64,000 nt of DNA from Actinomycetes bacterium (lineage in GTDB: Bacteria > Actinomycetota > Actinomycetes > S36-B12), in assembly GCA_037130755.1 (NCBI GenBank), contig JBAXSI010000018.1, positions 918 to 64,917 of the forward strand, read 5' to 3'. How positions within the stretch are numbered: the first letter of the stretch is position 1; every line of letters begins with the position of its first letter. The position numbers and the translations under genes are program-made. Of this stretch, positions 28,498 through 37,931 are shown piece after piece. The notes below the pieces were generated by a model. That model worked only from the letters and a program-made list of their open reading frames with translations. It was not told the origin of the DNA and searched no databases.

Positions 28498-29400
28498 ATG
28501 GCGCGCACCCGGTACGGCACCGACCGGGGGCTCTCGGCTCGCATGGTCGGGACCCTGTTTGGGATTGGGCTGCTCTACGTCATCATCGCTGGCGTACTGA
28601 TCGCCGTTGGTGTCAACGCAGTCTTCGTTATCGCGATCAGTGCGGCCATGCTGTTCGGCCAATGGTGGTTCTCCGACTCCATGGCCATGGCGGCGATGAA
28701 GGCGGTCGTGGTCACGCCCGAGCAGGCACCCCAGCTGCATGCCGTCATCGACCGCATCTGCGCCATGGCGGACATGAAGAAACCGCGGGTGGGCGTCGCG
28801 AACTCCGACATCCCCAATGCTTTCGCGACCGGCCGGTCGCCGAACCGCTCCGTCATCGTCGTGACGACGGGGATCCTGAAGCGACTCGATGCAGAGGAGC
28901 TGGAGGGCGTCCTCGCCCACGAGCTCTCGCATGTCGCCCACCGCGACGTCACGGTGATGACGCTCGCATCGTTCACCGCCATCGTTGCCGGCTTCCTTAT
29001 GCGCAGCGCGATGTGGGGGCAGATGGGCCGCAACCGCGACCAGAACACCGCACTCGTCGTCCTCGGCGTCACCGTGGTGAGCGTCGTTGTGTACTTCCTG
29101 TCGTTCATCCTTATGCGCGCGTTGTCCCGCTACCGCGAGCTCGGCGCCGATCGCGGTGCAGCGCTCCTCACCGGAAAGCCGACGGCCCTGGCCCGGGCGC
29201 TGCAGAAGGTGTCTGGCGAGATCGCGGCGATCCCCACCAGGGACCTGCGCCAGATGGAGCCGGTCAGCGCGTTCGCGTTCGCGCCCGCCCTGAGCAGCGG
29301 CAAGGGTCTCAACCTCGGCCAGTTGTTCTCGACGCATCCCAGTCTGGAGAAGAGGCTCGAGCAGCTGGCGAGGATCTCCGCCGAGCTCGGCGAGCGGTAG
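28498..29400 (+). CDS. htpX: zinc metalloprotease HtpX (M48)
   Basis: Trimmed to the ATG at 28498, 300 aa. Contains the HELSHVAHRD zinc motif and four TM segments. Confidence 0.9.
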   Translation: MARTRYGTDRGLSARMVGTLFGIGLLYVIIAGVLIAVGVNAVFVIAISAAMLFGQWWFSDSMAMAAMKAVVVTPEQAPQLHAVIDRICAMADMKKPRVGVANSDIPNAFATGRSPNRSVIVVTTGILKRLDAEELEGVLAHELSHVAHRDVTVMTLASFTAIVAGFLMRSAMWGQMGRNRDQNTALVVLGVTVVSVVVYFLSFILMRALSRYRELGADRGAALLTGKPTALARALQKVSGEIAAIPTRDLRQMEPVSAFAFAPALSSGKGLNLGQLFSTHPSLEKRLEQLARISAELGER

Positions 29401-29404
29401 CCCG

Positions 29405-29986
29405 GTGGGCTTCTGGGACTCCGTGCTGGGCCGCACCAAGCCGACTGCCCCGAACCTGGATGCGCTGTTCGCGCTGCCGTCCGCTGCCATCACCTTGCAG
29501 GTCAGTCTCGACATGCTGCCGACAGGGCGCGGCTCGGTCGCCTTCCGCGCGCCGGAGGGCCGTGCGTTCGCCGACGTCGAGGCCGACGTGCGGAGCCTGC
29601 TGGACGCCGGCGGGGGAGTGCCCGTCGAGATCAAGCCGGACGCGTTCGGGTTCACCTGGCTCGTGACGTCGACCGATCCTGCCGACGTCGGGCAGGCGGT
29701 CACCGACGTCCACGCGGTCAACACGTCGCTGGTCGAGGCGGGGTTCGGCCCGCAACTGCTGTGCTCGCTGGTCTCGTTCGGCGACCCGAGCGGCCAGGCA
29801 CTGGCGATGGTCTACCTGTTCAAGCGCGGCACGTTCTACCCATTCGCGCCCGTCGGCGATGCAGCCACGAGCGAGCAGCGCGACAACGTGCTCGAGTTGC
29901 GCGTGCGCGACCTGCTCCGGCTCGAGCTGCCACTCGAGGAGGACCTCACCCGCTGGTTCCCTGTGTGGGGCGCGCCCGGCCTGTAG
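29405..29986 (+). CDS. PspA-associated protein (PspAB-like)
   Basis: 193 aa, GTG start (GFWDSVLGRTKPTAPNLDALFALPSAAITL...). Follows pspA-htpX after a 4-nt gap. Confidence 0.65.
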   Translation: MGFWDSVLGRTKPTAPNLDALFALPSAAITLQVSLDMLPTGRGSVAFRAPEGRAFADVEADVRSLLDAGGGVPVEIKPDAFGFTWLVTSTDPADVGQAVTDVHAVNTSLVEAGFGPQLLCSLVSFGDPSGQALAMVYLFKRGTFYPFAPVGDAATSEQRDNVLELRVRDLLRLELPLEEDLTRWFPVWGAPGL

Positions 29987-30007
29987 TGCTCAGCCCCTCG
30001 GAGGGGG

Positions 30008-31198
30008 TCAGTCGCGGGCAGCCGTCGTGCCGGGCAGCGACAGCATGCGATCGAGGGCGACGCGTGCCCAGTGCGCGGTGTCGGGATCCACGTCGATCCG
30101 GTTGACCACCGTTCCGGCGACGAGTGACTCCAGTGCCCACACCAGGTGCGGAAGGTCGATCCGGTTCATTGTCGAGCAGTAGCAGACGGTGCGGTCGAGG
30201 TAGACGATCTCCTTGTCGGGGTTCGCCAGGGCGAGCCGCTTCACCAGATTGAGCTCGGTGCCCACGGCCCAGGCAGTGCCCGGCTCGGCTGCGTTGACGG
30301 TCGCGATGATCTTCTCCGTCGACCCGACGTAGTCGGCCTTCTGCACGACCTCGTACTGGCACTCCGGGTGGACGATGACATTGATGCCAGGAACCCGCTC
30401 GCGGACCTCATCGACGCAGTCGGGGGTGAAGCGGCCGTGCACCGAGCAGTGGCCCTTCCACAGGATCATCTTCGCGTCGCGCAGTTGCTCGGCGGTCAGG
30501 CCGCCGTCAGGCCGGTTCGGGTTGTAGACGACGCAGTCGTCGAGCGACAATCCCATGTCGCGCACTGCGGTGTTGCGGCCCAGGTGCTGGTCGGGGAGAA
30601 AGAGCACCTTCTCGCCCCGCTCGAACGCCCACTCCAGGCTGCGCTCGGCATTGCTCGACGTGCAGACCGCGCCGCCGTGCCGGCCGGTGAACGCCTTGAT
30701 CGCCGCCGACGAGTTCATGTACGTGACCGGCACCGTCACGTCCGCGACCCCAGCGCGCTCAAGCGCCGCCCAGCACTCCTCGACCTGGCCGATCACGGCC
30801 ATGTCGGCCATCGAGCAGCCGGCCGCGAGGTCCGGGAGGATCACCTGCTGGTCGGGGGACGTGAGGATGTCCGCGCTCTCGGCCATGAAGTGCACGCCCT
30901 CGAAGACGATGAACTGCGCCTCGGGGTGGGCGGCGGCCTGCTGGGCCAGCTTGAACGAGTCGCCCGTCACGTCGGCGAACTCGATCACCTCGTCGCGCTG
31001 GTAGTGGTGCCCCAGCACGAACACGCGGTCACCCAGAGTGGCCTTGGCCGCGGCGGCGCGCTCGCGCAGGGCGGGATCGGAGGCCGGCGGAAGGACTCCG
31101 GGGCACTCGACGCCGCGTTCGCTCTGCGGGTCAGAGCCGTGGCCGAGCAGGAGCAGGGCGAGCGGGGTCGGCTGGGGATCGGTGAACGTATTGCCCAT
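30008..31198 (-). CDS. nadA: quinolinate synthase
   Basis: Trimmed to the ATG at 31198 (MGNTFTDPQPTPL...), 396 aa. NadA-like blocks include VFVLGHHYQRDEV, FMAESADIL, CSMADMA and HPECQ. Confidence 0.92.
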   Translation of the reverse strand: MGNTFTDPQPTPLALLLLGHGSDPQSERGVECPGVLPPASDPALRERAAAAKATLGDRVFVLGHHYQRDEVIEFADVTGDSFKLAQQAAAHPEAQFIVFEGVHFMAESADILTSPDQQVILPDLAAGCSMADMAVIGQVEECWAALERAGVADVTVPVTYMNSSAAIKAFTGRHGGAVCTSSNAERSLEWAFERGEKVLFLPDQHLGRNTAVRDMGLSLDDCVVYNPNRPDGGLTAEQLRDAKMILWKGHCSVHGRFTPDCVDEVRERVPGINVIVHPECQYEVVQKADYVGSTEKIIATVNAAEPGTAWAVGTELNLVKRLALANPDKEIVYLDRTVCYCSTMNRIDLPHLVWALESLVAGTVVNRIDVDPDTAHWARVALDRMLSLPGTTAARD

Positions 31199-31370
31199 CT
31201 GCACAGTCTGGCATGGGCGCGAAACCCGCATCGGGGGGACTTTCGCGCAATCGCGGTACATGTGAGACTGTAGGGAATACAGCGGGTCCCGCTCGGGTTC
31301 CCGACACCAAAGCGAATCCTCCAGCCGCGCGGCGCACGTGCCCGCGGTGACGTTCCGAAAGGGCAGCAGC

Positions 31371-31733
31371 ATGACGGCAGACACCACCACGACCGAGGCT
31401 CCGGTCACCGACGGCGTCCTCCTCACCGAGACCGCCGCCGCGAAGGTCAAGGCACTGCTCGAGTCCGAGGGTCGCGATGACCTCGCACTGCGCGTGGCTG
31501 TCCAGCCAGGCGGTTGCTCGGGCCTGCGCTACCAGCTCTTCTTCGACGACCGCAGCCTCGACGGCGACGTCGTCAAGGACTTCAGCGGCGTCGGTGTCGT
31601 CACCGACCGCATGAGCGCGCCGTACCTGAGCGGCGCGACCATCGACTTCGTCGACACGATCGAGAAGCAGGGCTTCACGATCGACAACCCCAACGCCACG
31701 GGCTCGTGCGCGTGTGGAGACTCCTTCCACTAA
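31371..31733 (+). CDS. erpA: A-type iron-sulfur cluster carrier (HesB/IscA/ErpA family)
   Basis: ATG at 31371, 120 aa. Contains GGCSGLRYQLFFD and the C-terminal GSCACGDSFH cysteine motif. Confidence 0.9.
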   Translation: MTADTTTTEAPVTDGVLLTETAAAKVKALLESEGRDDLALRVAVQPGGCSGLRYQLFFDDRSLDGDVVKDFSGVGVVTDRMSAPYLSGATIDFVDTIEKQGFTIDNPNATGSCACGDSFH

Positions 31734-31739
31734 GCGCAC

Positions 31740-31837
31740 CACCCCCGTCACCATTTCGCCGAGTGGCGAGTCGTGGCCGCTTTGATCCCCGGATCGACGG
31801 CCACGACTCGCCACTCGGCGAAATGGTGACGGGGGTG
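31740..31837. repeat. perfect 40-bp inverted repeat with 18-nt spacer
   Basis: The left arm cacccccgtcaccatttcgccgagtggcgagtcgtggccg (31740..31779) is exactly complementary to the right arm cggccacgactcgccactcggcgaaatggtgacgggggtg (31798..31837). The loop holds a small gatcc/ggatc sub-stem. Starts 6 nt after the erpA stop. Confidence 0.95.
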
Positions 31838-31915
31838 ACCGCGACGGCGCCGCGCATCGGCGGTGCGCCCAGCCATTCGGAGTGGCGGGGATGCCGAGGG
31901 GTAGGGTCGCCCACC

Positions 31916-32902
31916 GTGGCTGTCCTCATCACCGGGTCCATCGCGACCGATCACCTCATGACCTTCCCGGGCAAGTTCTCGGACTCGCTCGTGGCCGACA
32001 AGCTCGACAAGGTCTCACTGTCGTTCCTCGTCGACGAGCTCGAGGTGCGTCGGGGTGGGGTCGCCCCGAACATCGCCTTCGGAATGGGCTGCCTCGGGCT
32101 TCGCCCGATCCTCGTCGGAGCGGTCGGTCCGGACTTCGCTGACTACGAGTCGTGGCTGCAGCGGCACAACGTCGACACCAGCGGCGTCCGCGTCTCGGAC
32201 TCCCGGCACACCGCGCGCTTCGTCTGCACGACCGACAGCGAGCAGAACCAGATCGCCTCGTTCTACCCGGGAGCGATGTCCGAGGCACGCAACATCGAGC
32301 TGCGCCCGGTCGTCGACCGGATCGGCAAGACCGAACTCGTGCTGATCGGTGCCAACGACCCCGAGGCGATGCTGCGCCACACCGAGGAGTGCCGGTTCCG
32401 CGGGTACCCCTTCGCCGCGGACCCGTCGCAGCAGCTGGCCCGCATGGATGGTCCGGAGATCAAGCCGTTGATCGAGGGCGCCGCGTACTTGTTCACCAAC
32501 GAGTACGAGGCCGCGCTCATCGAGCAGAAGACGGGCTGGTCGAACACCGACATCGGGGCGATCGTCGAGACGCGCGTGACCACGCTGGGCCCGGACGGCG
32601 CCAAGGTGGAGCGCCGCGGGGAGTCGACGGTGCGCGTCACGGTTCCCGAGGAGGATCGTCGCGCTGACCCCACAGGGGTCGGCGATGCGTTCCGGGCCGG
32701 TTTCATCTCGGGCCAGGCCTGGGGGCTCTCCGACGAGCGATCCGCGCAGCTCGGTTCGCTGCTGGCCACCTACGTCATCGAGACGGTGGGCACCCAGGAG
32801 TACGAGCTCGCACAGCGGCACTTCCTCGAGCGCATGGCCCGGACGTACGGGGACGACGCGGCGGCCGAGGTCGAGCCGCACATCGCCTGCCCGCGGCCCT
32901 GA
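31916..32902 (+). CDS. adoK: adenosine kinase (PfkB family, Rv2202c-type)
   Basis: In-frame GTG at 31916 (VAVLITGSIATDHLMTFPGKFSDSLVADKLDKVSLSFLVDEL...), 328 aa. Near-colinear with my recollection of M. tuberculosis AdoK. PfkB motif DPTGVGDAFRAGF. Confidence 0.85.
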   Translation: MAVLITGSIATDHLMTFPGKFSDSLVADKLDKVSLSFLVDELEVRRGGVAPNIAFGMGCLGLRPILVGAVGPDFADYESWLQRHNVDTSGVRVSDSRHTARFVCTTDSEQNQIASFYPGAMSEARNIELRPVVDRIGKTELVLIGANDPEAMLRHTEECRFRGYPFAADPSQQLARMDGPEIKPLIEGAAYLFTNEYEAALIEQKTGWSNTDIGAIVETRVTTLGPDGAKVERRGESTVRVTVPEEDRRADPTGVGDAFRAGFISGQAWGLSDERSAQLGSLLATYVIETVGTQEYELAQRHFLERMARTYGDDAAAEVEPHIACPRP

Positions 32903-32920
32903 TACCGGTCCCAGGACCGA

Positions 32921-33580
32921 ATGCCCACTGCACCCTCACCGTGCCGGTGGAACCTGCCTGACCCCGCCGACGGCGAGCCGGGCCAGGACGTCCTGGCGAT
33001 CGGTGCTGACCTCGAACCGGGCACGGTGTTCGCCGCCTACTGCCGCGGGCTGTTCCCGATGCACCTGGACACTGGCGAGCTGGCGTGGTGGTCACCGGAT
33101 CCGCGCGGCGTGATTCCACTCGACGGGCTCCGCATGACCAAGTCCCTTCGCGCGTCATGCCGGCGTTATGAGGTGACGGTCGACGCCGCGTTCACGGACG
33201 TCATGACAGCGTGCGGCGACGAGCGCCGACCGCAGGGCTGGATCACGCCGGACTTCGTGGCTGCCTACACCGAACTGCACCGGCTCGGCTGGGCCCATTC
33301 CGTCGAGACGTGGGACGACGCCGGTGAGCTGGTCGGCGGCCTGTACGGCGTCAGCATCGGCGGCCTGTTCGCAGGCGAGTCGATGTTCCACACCGCGCGC
33401 GACGCGTCGAAGGTCGCGCTCGTCGCGCTGGTTGAACTGCTGTCGAGCGACGGGGCGGACCGGCTGCTCGACGTGCAGTGGCGCACCGATCACCTGGCGA
33501 CGCTCGGCGCCGTCGAGATCCCGCGGATGCAGTACCTGAAGCGTCTGCAGTCCGCACTGACGCTGCCCTCGCCGTTCTGA
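32921..33580 (+). CDS. aat: leucyl/phenylalanyl-tRNA--protein transferase
   Basis: 219 aa with YCRGLFPM, WWSPDPRGV and GGLYGVSIGGLFAGESMF. Confidence 0.88.
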   Translation: MPTAPSPCRWNLPDPADGEPGQDVLAIGADLEPGTVFAAYCRGLFPMHLDTGELAWWSPDPRGVIPLDGLRMTKSLRASCRRYEVTVDAAFTDVMTACGDERRPQGWITPDFVAAYTELHRLGWAHSVETWDDAGELVGGLYGVSIGGLFAGESMFHTARDASKVALVALVELLSSDGADRLLDVQWRTDHLATLGAVEIPRMQYLKRLQSALTLPSPF

Positions 33581-33593
33581 CCGCGTGCTGGCG

Positions 33594-34067
33594 TCAGGAG
33601 AGGACGTGGCTCATCTGTTCCAGCATTCCGGCCATCTCCTCGTGATGGACGGGCTTGACGACTGAGCGGCCGTCGGGCTCCTGCTTGATCGTGACCTTCA
33701 TGCCCTGGAGCAGGTCCATGCCGATCCCGTACCAGAACCCCACCACTGTCTGAGGGTCTGCCGGGTCGGGACGCTGCATCGGGGTGCAGATCATGAAGCC
33801 GAGGGGCACGCCCTCGGGCTTGGCGGCCTCGAGCTCCTCCACGGCGTCGTACGCCGCGTTGCACCAGGGCTCGTTGCCGAACTCGTCGGTGCCCGGCGCG
33901 TAGTCCAGGCCGAAAATGCCCATGCCCTCATCGTCCGGTCCCTCGTACAGGTACAGGAGCTGGCAGGACTGCCCCTCGACGCCGACGATGACCGGCTTGG
34001 CGTCGATCAGGTGGGTGAGGCCGTAGCCCAGGCCTTTGAGGATGTTCTGCGGCGAGTGGTCGTCCAT
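33594..34067 (-). CDS. hypothetical acidic protein
   Basis: 157 aa with no family recognised. G/C-rich third positions. 12 nt downstream of, and co-oriented with, the class-V aminotransferase-like gene. Confidence 0.55.
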   Translation of the reverse strand: MDDHSPQNILKGLGYGLTHLIDAKPVIVGVEGQSCQLLYLYEGPDDEGMGIFGLDYAPGTDEFGNEPWCNAAYDAVEELEAAKPEGVPLGFMICTPMQRPDPADPQTVVGFWYGIGMDLLQGMKVTIKQEPDGRSVVKPVHHEEMAGMLEQMSHVLS

Positions 34068-34079
34068 AGCGCAGCGAGC

Positions 34080-35240
34080 CTAGTCTGCTGCGCCGCGTGC
34101 CGCCCTGACGGCGGCCGGGAGGGCGTCGAGGAATCCGCGGACGGTCGCCTCGGTGCAGTTGAACGGGAGGGAGACGCGGATGCTTGCGGCCGCCGTCAGT
34201 CCCATCGCCTCCAGCACCTGGCTCGGCATCCTGGCGTCCGATGTGCAGGCGGATCCGCTCGCGACGCTGAAGCCGCGGCGGTCGAGCTCGATCACCAGCG
34301 CCTCACCGATGACGTCCTCGCAGGCGAACGTGACGATGTGCGGGAGTCGGTCTAGGTCGTCGCCGGCGACGAGCAGCCCAGGGACCTGCGCGGGCAGCGT
34401 CTCGCGCAGCAGGCCCACGATGGCAGTCAGACGCGCGGACTCAGCCGCGCGGTGCGGCGCGAGGTACTCCAGTGCGGCCGCAGCCGCTGCGGCGCCCGCG
34501 ATATCGGGAAATCCGCCCACCCAACCACGGTCGGGACTCGCATCGGGGGTCCAGCGCGCCGATGACCGGACGGCCAGCACGCCGACCCCGGCCGGGCCGC
34601 CCCAGTCCCGGGCGGAGGCGGCCAGCACGTCCCAGCGAAGGGGGACGGGGTCGCGTCCGATCACCTGCACGGCATGCACGAGCAGCGGCACGTTCGCCTC
34701 GGCCGCCAGGGCCGCGGCCTCAAGCAGCGGCTGACGGGTACCCACCTCGGCGTTGGCCGCCTGCACGCACGCGAACGCGGTGGGTTGCGAGAGTGAGTCC
34801 TCGAAGGCGGCGAGGTCCATTCGACCGGTCGTGGTCACCGGAACGAGGTCGACGATGTCCGCCCACCGGCGGGCCGGCTCGAGCACCGCCATGCTCTCCA
34901 CAGCCGACGCGATCACGCGGCCGCAGACGGCGGACCTTGTCGCGGCCAGTCCGGCGACTGCGGTGGCGACGGCCGTCGGGCCGGACGAGGTGAAGAACAC
35001 CTCCTCGGGGCGGATCCCGAGGCTCGCCGCAACGCTGGCGCGGGCCGCGTCCAGCAGCATTCCGGCTCGGCGGCCGAGGTGGTGGAGGCGGGCCGGATCG
35101 GCCCAGGCCTGCTCCGAAGCGGCCGTCCACGCCTGCCGGGCGGCGGGCAGCAGTGGCTGTCCGCCGACGGCGTCCAAGTAGCCTTCCGGGGGCTGCGGGG
35201 CCGGCTCGGGAAGGGCTGACCGCGGGTCCGGTGAGTGCAC
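34080..35240 (-). CDS. cysteine desulfurase-like (aminotransferase class V fold) protein lacking any lysine; probable pseudoenzyme
   Basis: Start set at the in-frame GTG at 35240 (VHSPDPRSALPEP...), 386 aa. IscS/NifS-like blocks FTSSGPT, QAANAEVGTRQP and the cysteine loop SGSACTS are present. SGHK is replaced by SARDW, and there are no K residues in the whole protein. The start is uncertain. Confidence 0.7.
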   Translation of the reverse strand: MHSPDPRSALPEPAPQPPEGYLDAVGGQPLLPAARQAWTAASEQAWADPARLHHLGRRAGMLLDAARASVAASLGIRPEEVFFTSSGPTAVATAVAGLAATRSAVCGRVIASAVESMAVLEPARRWADIVDLVPVTTTGRMDLAAFEDSLSQPTAFACVQAANAEVGTRQPLLEAAALAAEANVPLLVHAVQVIGRDPVPLRWDVLAASARDWGGPAGVGVLAVRSSARWTPDASPDRGWVGGFPDIAGAAAAAAALEYLAPHRAAESARLTAIVGLLRETLPAQVPGLLVAGDDLDRLPHIVTFACEDVIGEALVIELDRRGFSVASGSACTSDARMPSQVLEAMGLTAAASIRVSLPFNCTEATVRGFLDALPAAVRAARGAAD

Positions 35241-35358
35241 GGGGGCCACGCTAGTCCGGACCCCCAAGAAAGATGGGTTTCCCCTCGTGGGGCCGCCTAC
35301 ATCGGGGGGTCCCGGTGCGCTAGTCTGCCCAGCGTCCCACCGACGAGAGAGGCGATCC

Positions 35359-36219
35359 GTGCGGCATTCGACCGAGGTGCTGTCGGCACCCCGCACCCCT
35401 TCGCGTCCGCGGCGCGGGCGCATTCGCGCTGCAGCGTTCGCCGTCGGCGCCTTGGCCATCACCCTGACCGCTTCCGGCTGCACGGCCAACGAGGCGTTCT
35501 TCATGGACATGCCGGACCCGGCGACCAAGGAAGGCGCCATCACCCAGAGCCTGTGGCAGGGCGCCTGGATCGCCGCGTGGGGCGTCGGGATCGTCACGTG
35601 GGGCCTGATGCTGTGGGCGGCATTCGCCTACCGTCGCCGGCACAAGGACGACGTGCCCGAGCAGACGAAGTACAACATCCCGATCGAGATCCTCTACACG
35701 ATCGTGCCGCTGATCATGATCCTCGGACTGTTCTGGTTCACCGCCAAGGACCAGAGCGAGATCCTGGCCGTGAGCAACGACCAGCAACACACCGTCAACG
35801 TCGTGGCCTATCGCTGGAACTGGGGCTTCAACTACCTCGACGAGGACGCCTACACCGTCGGCACACCCAACCTGCCGGCCACGCTGGTCCTGCCGGTCAA
35901 CGAGAAGGTGCGCTTCGAGCTCACCTCGCCGGACGTCATCCACTCCTTCTGGGTCCCGGCCTTCTTGTTCAAGATGGACGTCATCCCCGGCAAGACCAAC
36001 GTCTTCGAGCTGACCCCCAACAAGATCGGCACCTACGCGGGCAAGTGCGCCGAGCTCTGCGGCGTCGATCACTCCCGCATGCTCTTCAACGTCAAGGTCG
36101 TCGAGAAGGCCGAGTACGACAAGTACATCGCCGGTCTCAAGGCCAATGGGCAGACCGGCCTGCTCGTCACCGGCCGCAGCAATGACCACGGCACGATGCC
36201 AGGGGAGAAGACGACATGA
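35359..36219 (+). CDS. ctaC: cytochrome c oxidase subunit II
   Basis: GTG at 35359 preceded by gagagagg, 286 aa. Lipobox-like LTASGC. CuA motif [13 protein letters not shown]...[12 protein letters not shown]. Confidence 0.9.
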   Translation: MRHSTEVLSAPRTPSRPRRGRIRAAAFAVGALAITLTASGCTANEAFFMDMPDPATKEGAITQSLWQGAWIAAWGVGIVTWGLMLWAAFAYRRRHKDDVPEQTKYNIPIEILYTIVPLIMILGLFWFTAKDQSEILAVSNDQQHTVNVVAYRWNWGFNYLDEDAYTVGTPNLPATLVLPVNEKVRFELTSPDVIHSFWVPAFLFKMDVIPGKTNVFELTPNKIGTYAGKCAELCGVDHSRMLFNVKVVEKAEYDKYIAGLKANGQTGLLVTGRSNDHGTMPGEKTT

Positions 36220-37931
36220 CGATCCTCAGCGACCCCGTCGCACCGTCCGATCCGAGCCCGGCGCTCGCGCCGGCGCCGCGCAAGCCCAACCTCGGCAGGA
36301 TCATCGTCAGCTGGGTGACGTCTACCGACCACAAGGTCATCGGCTACATGTACCTGTTCCTGTCGACGTTCTGGTTCATCGGCGCGGGTGTCATGGCGCT
36401 GGTCATCCGCGCCGAGCTGGCTGCTCCGGGCCTGCAGTTCGTGACGCTCGAGCAGTACAACCAGCTCTTCACGATGCACGGCACCGTGATGCTCTTCCTG
36501 TTCGCGACGCCGTTGTTCATCGCCTTCGGCAACATCATCATGCCGCTGCAGATCGGTGCTCCTGACGTCGCGTTCCCGCGTCTGAACATGCTGGGCTTCT
36601 GGCTGTTTCTGTTCGGCGGCATGACGGCCGCCTTCGGCTTCCTGACTCCCGGCGGCGCTGCGGCCTTCGGCTGGTTCGCATACGCGCCCCTCAGCAACGC
36701 CATCTACTCGCCCGAGGTGGGCGGCGACCTGTGGCTGCTCGGTCTGGCGATGGGCGGCCTGGGCACGATCCTCGGCTCGGTCAACTTCATCACGACGATC
36801 TTCTGCATGCGTGCGCCCGGCATGACCATGTTCCGGATGCCGATCTTCACGTGGACGATCTTCGTGACCAGCGTGCTGGTCATCTTGTGCTTCCCGGTCC
36901 TGGCGGCCGCGCTCGCGCTCGCGTTCATCGACCGCAACTTCGGCACCGTGGTCTTCGCCCCCGAGAACGGCGGGCCGATGCTGTGGCAGCACCTGTTCTG
37001 GTTCTTCGGGCATCCCGAGGTGTACATCCTCGCCCTGCCGTTCTTCGGCATCGCCAGCGAGATCATCCCGGTGTTCTCGCGCAAGCCGATCTTCGGCTAC
37101 AAGGGACTGGTGTTCGCGACCCTGGCCATCGGCGCCCTGTCGATGGCGGTGTGGGCGCACCACCTGTACGTGACCGGCTCGGTCTACCTGCCCTACTTCG
37201 CCATCATGACGATGCTCATCGCTGTGCCTACGGGCGTGAAGTTCTTCAACTGGATCGGCACGATGTGGAAGGGCTCGGTGCAGTTCGACACGCCGATGCT
37301 CTTCACCCTCGGCTTCATGATCACGTTCCTGTTCGGCGGCCTGACCGGCATCATCTTGTCGTCGCCGCCGCTGGACTTCCACGTGTCCGACAGTTATTTC
37401 GTGGTGGCGCACTTCCACTACACGGTCTTCGGCACCATCGTCTTCCTGTTCTTCGCCGGCCTGTACTTCTGGTGGCCGAAGATGACCGGCAAGATGCTCA
37501 ACGAGAAGCTCGGCAAGACGCACTTCTGGCTGCTGTTCATCGGGTTCCAGACCACCTTCTTGATCCAGCACTGGCTCGGCGTTCAGGGCATGCCGCGCCG
37601 GTACGGCGACTACCTGCCGGCCGACAACTTCGAGCTGTTCAACCAGATCTCAACCGCAGGCTCGGCCGTCCTGGGCATATCCACCATCGTGTTCCTCTGG
37701 AACGTCTTCAAGACCTGGCGCACTGCGCCGATGGTCGGCGTCGACGATCCTTGGGGCTGGGGCGGATCGCTGGAGTGGGCCACCTCCTGCCCGCCGCCGC
37801 GCCACAACTTCACCTCTCTCCCGCGCATCCGGTCCGAGCGCCCGGCGTTCGACCTGCACCACCCCGAGCTCGCTGCGGCCGGGGCGCATGTCGCACCTGC
37901 CGTCACCAGCGGTGAGGGGAGCGCCCAGTGA
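36216..37931 (+). CDS. ctaD: cytochrome c oxidase subunit I
   Basis: 571 aa with [11 protein letters not shown] and the other haem-copper oxidase blocks. ATGA overlap with ctaC. Confidence 0.96.
   Translation: MTILSDPVAPSDPSPALAPAPRKPNLGRIIVSWVTSTDHKVIGYMYLFLSTFWFIGAGVMALVIRAELAAPGLQFVTLEQYNQLFTMHGTVMLFLFATPLFIAFGNIIMPLQIGAPDVAFPRLNMLGFWLFLFGGMTAAFGFLTPGGAAAFGWFAYAPLSNAIYSPEVGGDLWLLGLAMGGLGTILGSVNFITTIFCMRAPGMTMFRMPIFTWTIFVTSVLVILCFPVLAAALALAFIDRNFGTVVFAPENGGPMLWQHLFWFFGHPEVYILALPFFGIASEIIPVFSRKPIFGYKGLVFATLAIGALSMAVWAHHLYVTGSVYLPYFAIMTMLIAVPTGVKFFNWIGTMWKGSVQFDTPMLFTLGFMITFLFGGLTGIILSSPPLDFHVSDSYFVVAHFHYTVFGTIVFLFFAGLYFWWPKMTGKMLNEKLGKTHFWLLFIGFQTTFLIQHWLGVQGMPRRYGDYLPADNFELFNQISTAGSAVLGISTIVFLWNVFKTWRTAPMVGVDDPWGWGGSLEWATSCPPPRHNFTSLPRIRSERPAFDLHHPELAAAGAHVAPAVTSGEGSAQ

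Noticed and set aside
31740-31837. IS element, MITE with transposase, or CRISPR repeat interpretation of the 40-bp inverted repeat
   Set aside because: There is no transposase, no flanking direct repeats that I could see, no additional copies in this window and no repeat-spacer periodicity. It is kept as an unexplained palindrome.
35241-35597. Longer N-terminus (up to 505 aa) for the cysteine-desulfurase-like gene
   Set aside because: The extension would run across the ctaC promoter and start region, and it has no aminotransferase similarity. Note that the extension does contain lysines, so the lysine-free statement depends on the chosen start at 35240.
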